A stretch of DNA of 64,000 nt, from positions 1-64,000 of the forward strand of contig CM000436.1 of the NCBI GenBank assembly GCA_000165345.1, given 5' to 3'. The translations under genes were made by a program, and so were the position numbers. The notes beneath the pieces were generated by a model. It did not search any database and was not told where the DNA came from. It was given only the letters and a program-made list of their open reading frames with translations. This document shows positions 31,448-42,280 of the stretch, piece by piece (positions within the stretch are counted from its first letter, which is position 1; every line of letters begins with the position of its first letter).

Positions 31448-32073
31448 CTAATCTTCAATAAAAGCTTGAACTACTTTTTTACACTTTCCTATACATACAA
31501 GCTTAGATTTGCTTCCATCATTAACTATATTGGATTCTCTATTTTGTGTCTCTGAGTGGGGCTTTATTTCTGAACTGCTGTTAGCTCTGTTTTGATCGCT
31601 CATTTCCACGTCTTTATCATCATTTAAATCGCTATGTAGATGATTCTCATTTATCCCTGTTTTTGGTTTTCCATCCGATGAATCTTTATTTGTAGGTTCA
31701 GTATCAGCAAAAAATAAGCATGTTCCCACAGTCTCCATGTTTTTTCCCTGAAGCTTCAACGTCATAGATTCTTGTTCAGGATTATCGAGGGGCTGGACTA
31801 CCAACTCAAAATCCATTTTTTCATCATTCTCCTGGAAGTTCTAAATTTAATTAAAAAAATTAACTTTTACTTGGTTCAACTTACTATATTTTCAATCATT
31901 ACCTTCATTCCCTCAAAAATTTCAAATCTAGATAGTTCTGGAATATCAACAAATACTATTTCATCCTCTACTATTTGTTGATCTGGAGATAAATCAGTTA
32001 TCATCTTTGTAGAGGAACTTTTCTCCCACCTTGAGATGTTGAACTTGTCTTTATTTGAGAGTTCTACCTCCAA
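31448..32073 (-). CDS. Putative 2-exon gene of about 190 aa. Exon 1 is 32073..31885 and exon 2 is 31840..31448. The 44-nt intron spans 31841-31884 and runs GTAAGT...TTTAG.
   Basis: Two adjacent same-strand ORFs become one frame-continuous protein when joined through the GTAAGT donor and AG acceptor. The alternative GTAATG donor is also in frame. There is no homology assignment. Confidence 0.35.
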
Positions 32074-32372
32074 ATTCTATTTTTTCCAGGCTTTTTTTCT
32101 TAATTTATTTTTCAAAACTTTAAATCATATTCAGTTGTAGGCAATTCGGTACCCGCAATAAAAAAACATAAAAATTTACTTGGTCACTTTGAATCTTAAA
32201 ATTTTAGTTGATTGAATAAATAAAAATTTTGAGAAATATAAAATATTTAAAAAATATAATTTGCATAGAGTGTAAAATAAATACGTCAACTTAGCTCAAA
32301 AAACCAAATATTACAAGGTTAATATAAATATAATGCTTATAAAAAGAAAAAAAGAAAGTACAAAACAAAGAA

Positions 32373-33722
32373 CTATTCAGCTTTAACAAAAGAGTTATTC
32401 AACTGGTAATCTTGGGTTTCCTCACCAATAAGCTTCTTAGTTTCCAAGATGAGATCCTGAACCTCTCTAATCTCTGGAAGAAATTCTTTATATTTTGAAG
32501 CATGATAATTCTTCCTAATCATTTTAAAAGCTTCCAAACTGCTATAATACTTGTTAGTAAGTGGATCTAAATACTTGGCAGGAACGCCATAAACGCTACA
32601 TATTGGTGGATAATTACCATCTTCCTTTTTGGCATGCAAATTAGTATTTGAATCCTTTTTTTGGTCTAAATGTTGAGGAATATTCCCATCAGTATATATA
32701 ATCATCTCCCTACAATATTCATCACTATTAAGTATTTCATCAGAGTTGTTTTTTTCTGATTCCATAAGACGGTAAGATGACCAAGATATATAAATGTTAA
32801 GAGAACCAGATTGTAGTTGTTTTCTTATACTAGCAGAAGTGTTGTCCAAATATCTTTTATGCTCTTCAAATGCCTCCAATTGATTTAAGCTTTCTATATT
32901 CATTTTCTCAATTTCCTTGCAGGCTTCAAGTCTTTCTTCCTGAGTCATAACTGTTTTTGCTTGTTCTTTAGAAGTTGAACTCTTCTTTAATCTTTTTCTG
33001 TTTGTCCTGTCTTGGGCCTCCTCATCTCTCCTTTTAATGGATTCTTGTAAATCTTGCTTCTTTTGAGTTGTGGATGCTCTAACTGACATTGTTCTAGGTT
33101 CCAGCGCAGCTGGGCTCTTCTTCACAATACCAGTCTTCTTTATCCCGCTTGCTTTTTTCCTAGCCTTTTTAAGCATTTCCTTCTGAGCAGACTTTAAAAA
33201 TAATGATGGGTCCTTATACTTTCCGCTAAACATTCGTTTAGGTTTTTTAGGCTTTTTACCATCGATCACGTCATCATCATCGTCATCTTCCGCCATAGCC
33301 TCCATCTCCTCTTCCATCCCATCATCAGATTGGCTATCATTCTCAGAATCTGTGCTTGTGTCCTCACCTCCCAGTATCTCAAGCTCAACCTTCTCATCCT
33401 CTGAAGACCATCCACTGTCTTCCTCCTCTTCTTCCCATGTATCATGGCCCCAAAATTTAACATCTTTTTCCTCCTCTTCACCTAAAAGCTGTGTGTATCT
33501 TTTCCCTCTAGAAGCTCTCTCTGGAAGGACTTTTTTTTCTAATTCTTCATCCTCCTCACTACCTTCCTCACTGCTCTCATCACCCTCATCATCTGTAACC
33601 TCATCTTCAATTTCATCAATATTCATCTCAACTTCTCTAACATCTTCATCTACGTCATCTCCACTTGCCTCTCCCTCGTCAAAATCACAGTCATGATTAC
33701 TCTTTTGATATTCCTGAGTCAT
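32373..33722 (-). CDS. YL1 / Swc2 / VPS72-like protein, a SWR1-type chromatin-remodelling complex subunit. It has an acidic N-terminus, basic middle and YL1_C domain.
   Basis: There is a D/E-rich N-terminus. The C-terminal motif CSVYGVPAKYLDPLTNKYYSSLEAFKMIRKNY matches the YL1 C-terminal domain consensus (C..G.PA.Y.DP.T...Y..LEAFK.IR). Confidence 0.6.
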   Translation of the reverse strand: MTQEYQKSNHDCDFDEGEASGDDVDEDVREVEMNIDEIEDEVTDDEGDESSEEGSEEDEELEKKVLPERASRGKRYTQLLGEEEEKDVKFWGHDTWEEEEEDSGWSSEDEKVELEILGGEDTSTDSENDSQSDDGMEEEMEAMAEDDDDDDVIDGKKPKKPKRMFSGKYKDPSLFLKSAQKEMLKKARKKASGIKKTGIVKKSPAALEPRTMSVRASTTQKKQDLQESIKRRDEEAQDRTNRKRLKKSSTSKEQAKTVMTQEERLEACKEIEKMNIESLNQLEAFEEHKRYLDNTSASIRKQLQSGSLNIYISWSSYRLMESEKNNSDEILNSDEYCREMIIYTDGNIPQHLDQKKDSNTNLHAKKEDGNYPPICSVYGVPAKYLDPLTNKYYSSLEAFKMIRKNYHASKYKEFLPEIREVQDLILETKKLIGEETQDYQLNNSFVKAE

Positions 33723-33760
33723 CCTTGTTATAAGTAATATTATTATTATAGACCAACAAG

Positions 33761-33777
33761 GGTGGCGCCTGCGCCAA
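33761..33777. promoter_or_regulatory. Double E2F-like element GGTGGCGCCTGCGCCAATG, 40-55 bp upstream of the YL1-like gene start.
   Basis: TGGCGCC and GCGCCAA cores overlap. Confidence 0.45.
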
Positions 33778-34480
33778 TGTGCGTTTAGTCAACGACTTTT
33801 CATTTAGAAGCCACAAAAGTAGAAATAAATTCTGGAAAGCAACAAGGCAGCGAAAGAATAAAATTAGTGGATAATTTGCAATTAAATTTTAAAAGCTGTC
33901 AATTTTTCCAGTATTTGCAGCAATTTTAAGTCAAGAATTTAGTTAATGCCTTTGTGGGGAAAGAAGCGCAGTTTCGTAAAGTAGGTCTAAAGACTAAAAT
34001 AATAAGAAAATAACATCTTAGCATAAGTGAGAAACAGAGCTGGAATTGAAATTGATGTAATTAATTCTATCATAATTTCTATTTTTGAGAAGAAAACCTA
34101 GGAAAAAATTATAAATTTCTATTAATTATTCCGTATCTTACTAGTTAGTACCGCTAAAATTGGAAAGGGTTCAGCATGTAGGAAAACAGTTAGAGGGAAA
34201 CGGGGGTGAAAAGGAATAAATTAGTAAATGTCGTCGTAAATAAAGGATTGAATGAAAATTTTGAGAATTTTAAGATGAAATAATAACAATAATTGGTTTT
34301 TTTGACCTTACATAAACTCTTAAAGCTGGTGATTGAAATCATTATAAATAATTGTTTGTATATTGAATAGAATTGTTAACCTTTTGAAATGATAAGTTAT
34401 AACTGACCAGCTTGTTTAAAGAAAACAAAATATAAAAATAAAAAAGAAACTAAGAAAAATACTAACGCTTCTTTAATAGA

Positions 34481-37400
34481 ATGGGTGAGACTCCAGATAC
34501 TGGAAGTTCCAGTAAACAATATCTAGGCAATGAACTAGTATTAAACAGTGAAAATCAGCAATGGAATATTGAAAACACTACAGGACAAGATTCTGGAATT
34601 CACATTTTAAAACAAGGATGTTCTGCAAATTCTGATTTGAGAACAATTAACAAAGGATGCCAAATTGGACTGTATGGCTCGAATCCTTGTTCATATAGAG
34701 GGAACTACGAAAATATTGATAATAAACAGGATATTTGTATAAAAGGAGGAATTGATCAAAACAAGCAATTTGAAATCGTAAGTTCAGGATATGTGACCCC
34801 AAGAACGGAATATGTTTCTCAAACCCCAGAAGTATCGTCTTCTGGAGAGAATTACAGTTTCCATTCAGTCCAATCCCCAACAGGAATTGGTCTAAGTACA
34901 ACATATTTGAATTATAAAGCTTCTGCGCAGATATCTGAAGCTGATTTAACTTGCAGGATATACGGTGGTACAGCTAGTAATCATAACAGCAATGCCAACA
35001 GTCCCATTGATCCAAATAATACTCTAACTGGTTTGGTTCATAACACTGGAGAGGAGCTTAAATCCCCTTCAATTCCTCGAGCAGTTGAACAAGAATATTC
35101 CTATGGTAGTAATACTAGAAGAGAAAGGGTTTATTCGGATTATAGGGCTGCAACAGAGAAAGATGTTTGTTTGTACAATCTTGAGGAGTCCGCCAACCAC
35201 TCTGCTGTGATTGAAGTTTCGGAGGATGGTGGAGTTAGAGGAAATGATACCGGATTTGGTGCTGGAATTGGAGTTGGAGCTCTTTCTGAAACTGGAAATG
35301 GGTTCAAGTCTCTACCAACTAATTATCATTATAACAATTATTATTGTAATTCAAACTCTATACAACCTTGCATTGAGCCCTCAGAAGGCTCTTCAACGTA
35401 TATTTACGGCGTCTCAGATGTTAATAGAGAGGTAAATTGCTCCTACCAGCCAGCTTTCGCTGAATATGTTGAATATAATGCTCCAAAAACTGGTAGCTAC
35501 GTAAACGATGAGGTTAGGGCTAAATCGTGTACAGAGTCTATACGAGAAAATGTGCATAGTGTAGGAGGGATCATATCTTATGGCCAAAATGCCAATAATT
35601 ACACGGAAAATCATTGTAATTACTATCCAATTTACGGAAGTTCCACCCCTCCTTCCCACCTTAGCCCTAACCATCAAACAATTCAAATTGCCCCGCTAAG
35701 AGGAATAGACCTCAATTCTGAGAATGTTTCTCAGTATCAAACTGAGCAAATCAATGAAACCTATGAAAGATTTGTGCATACAAGCATGCCAACAGCAGGA
35801 AGGGTATCAGGAGTCACTGGTTTGCCTGCTCCTCCGACTTTAGCCACTCCTCCAGGTTTGGCAACACCTCCGAGTGTCCCAGTACTGCCTGGAATTAATG
35901 GATTCCATGCAACTATTATTACAAATTCTCTCCATGGCTTCACAACGTATCAAGTTGGAGCAGGTCAAATTGATAATGCAGATGAACACTTTGCAAGAAA
36001 GCGAAGAAGACCAGGAACCGTTGGGAATGATCGAAACTTTTATATCGTAGACTTCATTTGTGAGATTCCTGTGAATATCAAGACCTTGTTTATGAAAATT
36101 GTGAAAGAATCCGCAGAAGGATCAAGGATCCTCAGAGAATTCTCCCTAGGGTCTCTTGCTATGAGAAGATCTGGAAACCTTACTCCAACCGTAATAAAAT
36201 GCTTCTTCCACAGCTACAGAGATGGAATCTCAAGACTTCAGTGCAAGTCAAAACGCCATGAGGGACGCCCGTTTTTATTTGTAATTAATGAGACAAAGCT
36301 ATCGCGACCATGGGTTTTTTGTCCAAATATTAAGTGCATTAAGAGAGCAAAAAGCTCTGGTAAATTGAAAGGAAGGATCAAAGTGTACGAGTATTGTCCA
36401 GGATCAGATAAGATGATCTTATCTCCAAGGTTCTTGAAATGTGCGAGAGGTTTTTTAACATCAGACTACTACTTTTGTGCAACCCTATGTCCTCAACAAA
36501 AGTATGCAGATCATGAATCCAATTTCTGGGGGGAAGACTTTACTACAGGATTTGGTGGAAATCTAATTCAAGAAACTCTTACTAGTGAGACTGAAAACGG
36601 AGGAAGTGGCCTCGCTCTTGCTGATTACATTCTCTTTTGTAATTCAAAGCACCAATTTGTAGCCACTTTTCGTAGATTCTCTATTGGCGCCAGACCAAAA
36701 ACTCCCCCCGTAAAGAATTCCTCCTACGTAAATACGAGCTCTCCTGATGAGATCTTTGGTGATGAAGCTGAAATATGCCTTGTCAACATTATGACTTCTG
36801 TAATCCGTAGTCTTGAAGGTTCCAATGAACCTACAATATATACTTCAACTGACAAATTTATTCAGGAAGTCTCGATAAATCCTGGAGGAGCAACAATTAC
36901 CCAACCCAACAGTTATAATAGACAAATCATGCAAACAATTAATCCTAGGGATTACCCATTTGGGAATCCATCCAGAGGAAATAATATTTCAACTGAACCT
37001 GATGAAACTAATCTTGTTGGGACAAACTCGGAATCTACATTAAGAAGGAGGGCTGAAGGAATTGTAGCATCAAGCAAATGGAATGAGAGTCCTAACTCTT
37101 CCCTTTCTGGAGCTCAAGGTTTTCAACAACTTTCTGATCCCAGTGGAGGGCAATATATCTATAATTCAGAGGACTTTGTCGGAGTTAAGAAGGATGAGAG
37201 AGCGAGCATATATGTTCCGAGTTCGAGTTTGGAAATTGAAGATCCGTTTTCGAATAAGCTTGAAACTTATTCTACAGGTTATACTGATGAAGACTCATTT
37301 TCTACTTTTAATGATTCTGGAGCCCAATTATCTTTTAGTTTTGATCCACAGGATGCCTTAGTTGTTGAGTCATCCACTAATTGGGTTTTAGATGTTTTGC

Positions 37401-37666
37401 TCAATAAGACATCAGAAAATCAGACCTATACACAGAATCAGATTCAAAATCCCCAAGGCTTACAATCTCATCAGCATAGAAATTTCTCAAATGACTTAAC
37501 TCCATTTGATCATTCTTATGATACTTCAACACTTAAGAATCAGAGCAACTCCACTATGAGCGCTAACCAGAATCCTAATATTGTTGACAATCTTGTAACT
37601 AATAACGATGGATTTGATTACGAAAATGAAAACATCTCTACAGGAAATGACAATAATTCCTATTGA
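34481..37666 (+). CDS. Large low-complexity (Asn/Ser/Gly-rich) hypothetical protein, 1061 aa. It has a basic Cys-rich central block (RKRRRPG...CPNIKCIKRAK...CPGSDK...CATLCPQ), possibly nucleic-acid-binding.
   Basis: Intact ORF with a nuclear-localisation-like RKRRRP and a clustered Cys/His block. A TACTAAC-like branch-point motif and AG lie immediately before the ATG, so a 5' exon is possible. Confidence 0.5.
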   Translation: MGETPDTGSSSKQYLGNELVLNSENQQWNIENTTGQDSGIHILKQGCSANSDLRTINKGCQIGLYGSNPCSYRGNYENIDNKQDICIKGGIDQNKQFEIVSSGYVTPRTEYVSQTPEVSSSGENYSFHSVQSPTGIGLSTTYLNYKASAQISEADLTCRIYGGTASNHNSNANSPIDPNNTLTGLVHNTGEELKSPSIPRAVEQEYSYGSNTRRERVYSDYRAATEKDVCLYNLEESANHSAVIEVSEDGGVRGNDTGFGAGIGVGALSETGNGFKSLPTNYHYNNYYCNSNSIQPCIEPSEGSSTYIYGVSDVNREVNCSYQPAFAEYVEYNAPKTGSYVNDEVRAKSCTESIRENVHSVGGIISYGQNANNYTENHCNYYPIYGSSTPPSHLSPNHQTIQIAPLRGIDLNSENVSQYQTEQINETYERFVHTSMPTAGRVSGVTGLPAPPTLATPPGLATPPSVPVLPGINGFHATIITNSLHGFTTYQVGAGQIDNADEHFARKRRRPGTVGNDRNFYIVDFICEIPVNIKTLFMKIVKESAEGSRILREFSLGSLAMRRSGNLTPTVIKCFFHSYRDGISRLQCKSKRHEGRPFLFVINETKLSRPWVFCPNIKCIKRAKSSGKLKGRIKVYEYCPGSDKMILSPRFLKCARGFLTSDYYFCATLCPQQKYADHESNFWGEDFTTGFGGNLIQETLTSETENGGSGLALADYILFCNSKHQFVATFRRFSIGARPKTPPVKNSSYVNTSSPDEIFGDEAEICLVNIMTSVIRSLEGSNEPTIYTSTDKFIQEVSINPGGATITQPNSYNRQIMQTINPRDYPFGNPSRGNNISTEPDETNLVGTNSESTLRRRAEGIVASSKWNESPNSSLSGAQGFQQLSDPSGGQYIYNSEDFVGVKKDERASIYVPSSSLEIEDPFSNKLETYSTGYTDEDSFSTFNDSGAQLSFSFDPQDALVVESSTNWVLDVLLNKTSENQTYTQNQIQNPQGLQSHQHRNFSNDLTPFDHSYDTSTLKNQSNSTMSANQNPNIVDNLVTNNDGFDYENENISTGNDNNSY

Positions 37667-37904
37667 GTAATTAATTGTCTCATTCTTGACGGAATTCAGT
37701 CCAACTTTGATCTTGTGGTTACACAAATGCCAAAAGCGAGGATAAGCTAAAGCGTCTGGCACTTCCTATCAACATCTCAGTAAATAATAATCAACATGCA
37801 GATCACCTTACGCTATTTAAATTCAAATACATACTTATTAAGCCAGCATTTTTCTCAATCCTCAGGCTTTGAAGATGTTACAAATTACCTATAACTATTA
37901 CAAT

Positions 37905-37928
37905 TATATATATATATATATATATATA
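37905..37928. repeat. (TA)12 microsatellite.
   Basis: Perfect dinucleotide run in an intergenic region. Confidence 0.9.
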
Positions 37929-38921
37929 AATATATACATCCTTACAATTGTCGCCTTGTATGCTATATTAGCCATATTTATCAATCTTCAATCGAATATT
38001 TGCAAAGTAGAAAATCAATAGAGCAACTCTCTGATCTCCTGGATATTCTATTGTAGTTTGATTAATGGACGCTTTGATAGTAGAAAATGGGATTATTAAT
38101 TATATCTTTCAATCAATGTTCATTTGTATCTCTTTTTTTTGTCTGATCTATTTGTTTCCCGAAAGGTAGTTTCTTTTAGGTTGGTTATATATATTAATGT
38201 TTGTCTTGATATTTATTGCAAATTTGTTCAGGTAAAATAGCCAAGTACATATTACATAATCTTATTCCTCGAATACAGTTTCATATTCATAGTTCTCGTC
38301 TCAAATAGTTCTAGAAAGCTACTATTACATATTATTACAATTATTACAGTAACAAATTTGGTTTTTACTGCTAATACTATTTTGAAACTATTATAACTCA
38401 ATTACTATTTGAAAGTGTCGTTACCAGACCCTAAATCTAGAGTTACTACTACTTCCTAGAGCTCCTCCAAATAGTGCTCAATGATGCTTTAACCCCTATT
38501 AACTTAATAAGCATCCCTTCTCATCTTTCCCCCACTCTCTAATCTTTAAGATTAACTGTTTATTTTGAAAACGACTCTCATTACAATTGAATTGAGAGTC
38601 ACCGCCAAAACTTATAACTGGTACCGGGTACATAAAAATAACAAGAAATTATTTGAGTAAAAAAAAATCCTCAGAATATAACTGGTAGATAATTAATTAA
38701 CCCACACTGACACACATCGTACTGCAAAGTTATATATAATCAAAATAGAGGAAAAATCTCTATTTTATGTGATATTGAAGCTACAAAAAGTAGCAGTTTT
38801 ATTTAGTATTGCTTTCAGAATTTGTAAATAAATTGCTATTTTCAACCAGAAATATTAGCTTAAGCAGAATTTTAATGGAAATAAATATCAGAACTAGAGT
38901 TTGATGGATTAATTATTTAAA

Positions 38922-40388
38922 ATGTTTCAAAAAATCCTTACTTTTACTACCCTATTAATCTCTCTCTTAATCATATACATTAATGTTTCATGGAGTAACA
39001 AATACATTACCCCAGAAAAATTTTCTGAAACACACCCAGACTCAGCTATGATGAAGTTAGTTTCTCCTGAAAATAGTGTTCCAATAGATATTCCTGATTT
39101 ACCAGCCTCAAACATTACAAAAAAATACTGTCCTATTTATGGGCTTAATATGAAGGGACTATTTTGTTTGGGATGGAATAGTATTAAGATTAAAAAGGCT
39201 GATTCTTGGCAAGAATGTGCATCTCTTTGTATGGACTATGTTGCATTCTTCTTTATTAAGTGTAAGAAATGGAGCTATGATGTAGAAAAAAAGAAATGTT
39301 TGATCAAAAGTGGGGATAGATTATGCAAGTACCCTGATGAAAATTATATATCAGGTCTAAAAAATGCTTCGGAGGTTGGTCCTTGCTCTACTACATGCAA
39401 AGTTGGCGACTGGAGTGCTTGGACTCCTTGTAGTTCTTATTGTGCTGGAATCACTCAAAGAGTAAGACATGTCATTAGATCTCCAGTTTATAAGTCTGAA
39501 ATCTGCCCAAGGTTGATTGAAACCGCTATGTGCAAGGGAAGTCCTGATTGTCCTTCAAATTGTCCAAATTACCATGTGGTTGGTCTTGGATGGGGATGTA
39601 AGGTAGAAATGAATAGAGGAGGTGGAACAATGAGAAAATATGTTAATACTTGGCATGAGTGTCTTGGCCTTTGCAAAATTACTGAGAATTGTACTTATTG
39701 GTCATTCCAAGGGATCTCTGGAGTTGAAACTTGTTTATTAGTTATTGGTGAGGTTGGATGTACATATCACGCTCTTGGATGGATATCTGGAGATGTTAAT
39801 GTTGTTGCAATAGATTGTCCCGTCAAATGTTTTGTAGGTGAATGGTCTAACTGGTCAAAATGTCCAAATGACGATGTTTGTACACAAAACTCCATGTCAA
39901 AGAGAAGTAGGCCTCTTATTTCTACTCCTCCAGATATGAATCAAAAAATGTGTCCTCACCTTACTGAGAGCATAATGTGCGAATGTGCTACAAAAATTAC
40001 AAGAAATACAGCCTTTGATGACTATAATAGAAACTTAATCTCCTACAATAACTCTACTACTCAAGATTCTCTTCAAAATGATCCAGAAATTAGAGCAATG
40101 TCAGCATCGGCTAATAGAATGTCTAGGTCTAAAATGGGAGCATACTCAACTGAAAACCTTCTTAAAAACCTTTATTTTGATTTTAGAGAAAACTATCAAA
40201 TTTTAAATGATCAAAATCATTCATATCCTAGAACGCAAGTTGATGAAGAAAGTCAGAACGAAGATTTTACATTGAGAAAGGGAATAGATAACTCATATGA
40301 TATTCACTTTGCTCTATCATCGTACTTGCTTGGAGTTAACTATACAAACTTCCGAAATTCTACATTAGATCCAAATTTGTTCAACTAA
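38922..40388 (+). CDS. Secreted adhesin-like protein with two PAN/Apple-like domains and two thrombospondin type-1 (TSP1) repeats. It is micronemal-protein-like.
   Basis: The signal peptide is MFQKILTFTTLLISLLIIYINVSWS. The TSP1 motifs are WSAWTPCSSYCAGITQRVR and WSNWSKCPNDDVC. The two Apple-like domains are Cys-patterned. Confidence 0.7.
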   Translation: MFQKILTFTTLLISLLIIYINVSWSNKYITPEKFSETHPDSAMMKLVSPENSVPIDIPDLPASNITKKYCPIYGLNMKGLFCLGWNSIKIKKADSWQECASLCMDYVAFFFIKCKKWSYDVEKKKCLIKSGDRLCKYPDENYISGLKNASEVGPCSTTCKVGDWSAWTPCSSYCAGITQRVRHVIRSPVYKSEICPRLIETAMCKGSPDCPSNCPNYHVVGLGWGCKVEMNRGGGTMRKYVNTWHECLGLCKITENCTYWSFQGISGVETCLLVIGEVGCTYHALGWISGDVNVVAIDCPVKCFVGEWSNWSKCPNDDVCTQNSMSKRSRPLISTPPDMNQKMCPHLTESIMCECATKITRNTAFDDYNRNLISYNNSTTQDSLQNDPEIRAMSASANRMSRSKMGAYSTENLLKNLYFDFRENYQILNDQNHSYPRTQVDEESQNEDFTLRKGIDNSYDIHFALSSYLLGVNYTNFRNSTLDPNLFN

Positions 40389-40750
40389 AGTTTAAATGTG
40401 GAGCATCTACATTTTTTTGAGCTTAATATTTTTAATATTAATTTTGTTAATGTTAATTAAGATAATTCAAAAAAAAGTGTATTAAACCACGCTGATAACT
40501 TACTTCCAAGTTAATAGATTATTCAAGGGAACAAATCTTCCCATTACTAACTTTATTATCTCTTGGGAGCAAACACCTGAAATATATGAAGATGTCACAA
40601 ATTCTTCTTTTATCTCAAAGCTAGAATAATTTTGTTTAAAGAAATAGAAAAGTTAATAAATGTTTATAATTAAATAGAGATTCCCCAAATTCTGTTCGCA
40701 CTTTTTTTTATAAATTTTGTATAAATCTATAGTGTTTATTTTAAACCAAC

Positions 40751-42280
40751 TTACCTCTGAATAAAATCAGGGGGTATTTGTATATATTCTAATCTTAATG
40801 ACTTTAGATAATTTTGAAAATTTGTTTTAATTTCTTCAGAATCTTTAATTAATCCTTTATCAATATGGATATAGTCCAAGAAGTCTAGAAATAAAAACTC
40901 TATAAGCTGGGACTCTTGAGAAATATCTTCCAAAAAAACTTCCACAAGTCTTTCTGTTAGAGCTGGATCCACATTACTAATTTTGTTATGTATTTCTCCC
41001 CACCTAAAGGATGTATTTTTGAATTCTATGAATCTTAAACAGTATAAATGTCTACAAACAAATTGAACCAATTCGTCAGAGATATTGAGATCGAAATCAG
41101 AATTGGAGATATTCATTTTTCCAGTATTACTATTAGAAATCCGGGAAACGTCCAAAGTATACTGCTCATGAAATATCTTTTGGAGTTGAAGATAAGAAAC
41201 AGTTTCACAATGCATTTCTGGTAGCTCTTTGTTGACAGGAAGTCTTCCAAAGTCGTTCAGAAACTTGTAAATCCAACTTAACACTATTTGATATTTTACA
41301 TTAATAGTAGAAAAAGATCTTTTATTTAAAGAAAACTGGCCATTAAAATTACTATACAATTTCTGAGATTCAAGTAATTGAAATATTTGATCTCCAAGAA
41401 GATCTTCAGGATCTGAAAACACCAAATATTGATATCTTTTTGCTTCAATATAATTTGGAAAATCATAATCTTTTAGAATTTGTTCCAAACTATCTTTAAA
41501 TCTCTTTTTGAGATTCTCTCGATCCATCCCAAACTCCGATCCTCGAAACAAACCGGCATTTAACCCAATATAAACCAACAATATTGGAAATGGTATTTTA
41601 GACAAAAAATCATTTAATCCAGATGAGCTATCTTCCAACTCTTTAAAATCAATTTCAGAAGCAAGATTGATTAATGATTCAATTGGCTTAAAAAGCTGAA
41701 GTCCGTGAAGCTTTGCAAGGTTCTTGCTTTCAGCAGAAAGATCAAAAGTTACATACATTTGATTTGTACTAAACACCTGATATTGTCCAAGTTCGCCCCT
41801 TGACTTGAGGCTTATTATAAAACAACTTGAGATTCCTTGACCATTTTTCGCCAAATTGTACACATTTTCAACAATATTACCAGGGAGATTACAACAAACA
41901 ACTACGCTGTACTCTAAAGGATGGGAGTTTAGAGGTTCGTTCATGAGAGTCTCCAAATATTTTTCTGGAGACTCCAATACACATTTAATTCTGATATTAA
42001 CTTGCAGACTTAACAAAAAATCTTTTAGTAGATATATTTTGGGCTGATTTACAATGTTTGTTTTCTCACCATCAAGGCTAAGGCATACACCATAATCTTC
42101 CTCAGTAGCGATTTGGCAGTCCACCAATACTATCTCTCCAATTCCGGAAGATGCTAACGAGATTGCCAATTCTGAGGTTAATATAGAAGACGACCCTAAA
42201 ATTAATATTTTAGAGTTTTTTAAAGCTTCTTCCCCCACTACACCCCATATAAGTCTTTCTCTAGACCTAAATTGGTCCAT
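40751..42280 (-). CDS. NAE1: NEDD8-activating enzyme E1 regulatory subunit (APPBP1/NAE1/ULA1-like), with a ThiF/E1 fold.
   Basis: The N-terminus RERLIWGVVGEEALKNSKILILG...LASSGIGEIVLVD...EEDYG aligns with APPBP1 [25 protein letters not shown]...LPGIGSFTIIDG..GEDAG. At 509 aa it fits APPBP1 rather than the roughly 350-aa SAE1. Confidence 0.65.
   Translation of the reverse strand: MDQFRSRERLIWGVVGEEALKNSKILILGSSSILTSELAISLASSGIGEIVLVDCQIATEEDYGVCLSLDGEKTNIVNQPKIYLLKDFLLSLQVNIRIKCVLESPEKYLETLMNEPLNSHPLEYSVVVCCNLPGNIVENVYNLAKNGQGISSCFIISLKSRGELGQYQVFSTNQMYVTFDLSAESKNLAKLHGLQLFKPIESLINLASEIDFKELEDSSSGLNDFLSKIPFPILLVYIGLNAGLFRGSEFGMDRENLKKRFKDSLEQILKDYDFPNYIEAKRYQYLVFSDPEDLLGDQIFQLLESQKLYSNFNGQFSLNKRSFSTINVKYQIVLSWIYKFLNDFGRLPVNKELPEMHCETVSYLQLQKIFHEQYTLDVSRISNSNTGKMNISNSDFDLNISDELVQFVCRHLYCLRFIEFKNTSFRWGEIHNKISNVDPALTERLVEVFLEDISQESQLIEFLFLDFLDYIHIDKGLIKDSEEIKTNFQNYLKSLRLEYIQIPPDFIQR

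Noticed and set aside
33266-33696. ORFs 33266-33481 (minus) and 33352-33696 (plus) overlapping the YL1-like gene.
   Set aside because: They are alternative-frame and antisense readings of the acidic GA-rich coding region (poly-Ser and Met/Trp/Arg-rich nonsense).
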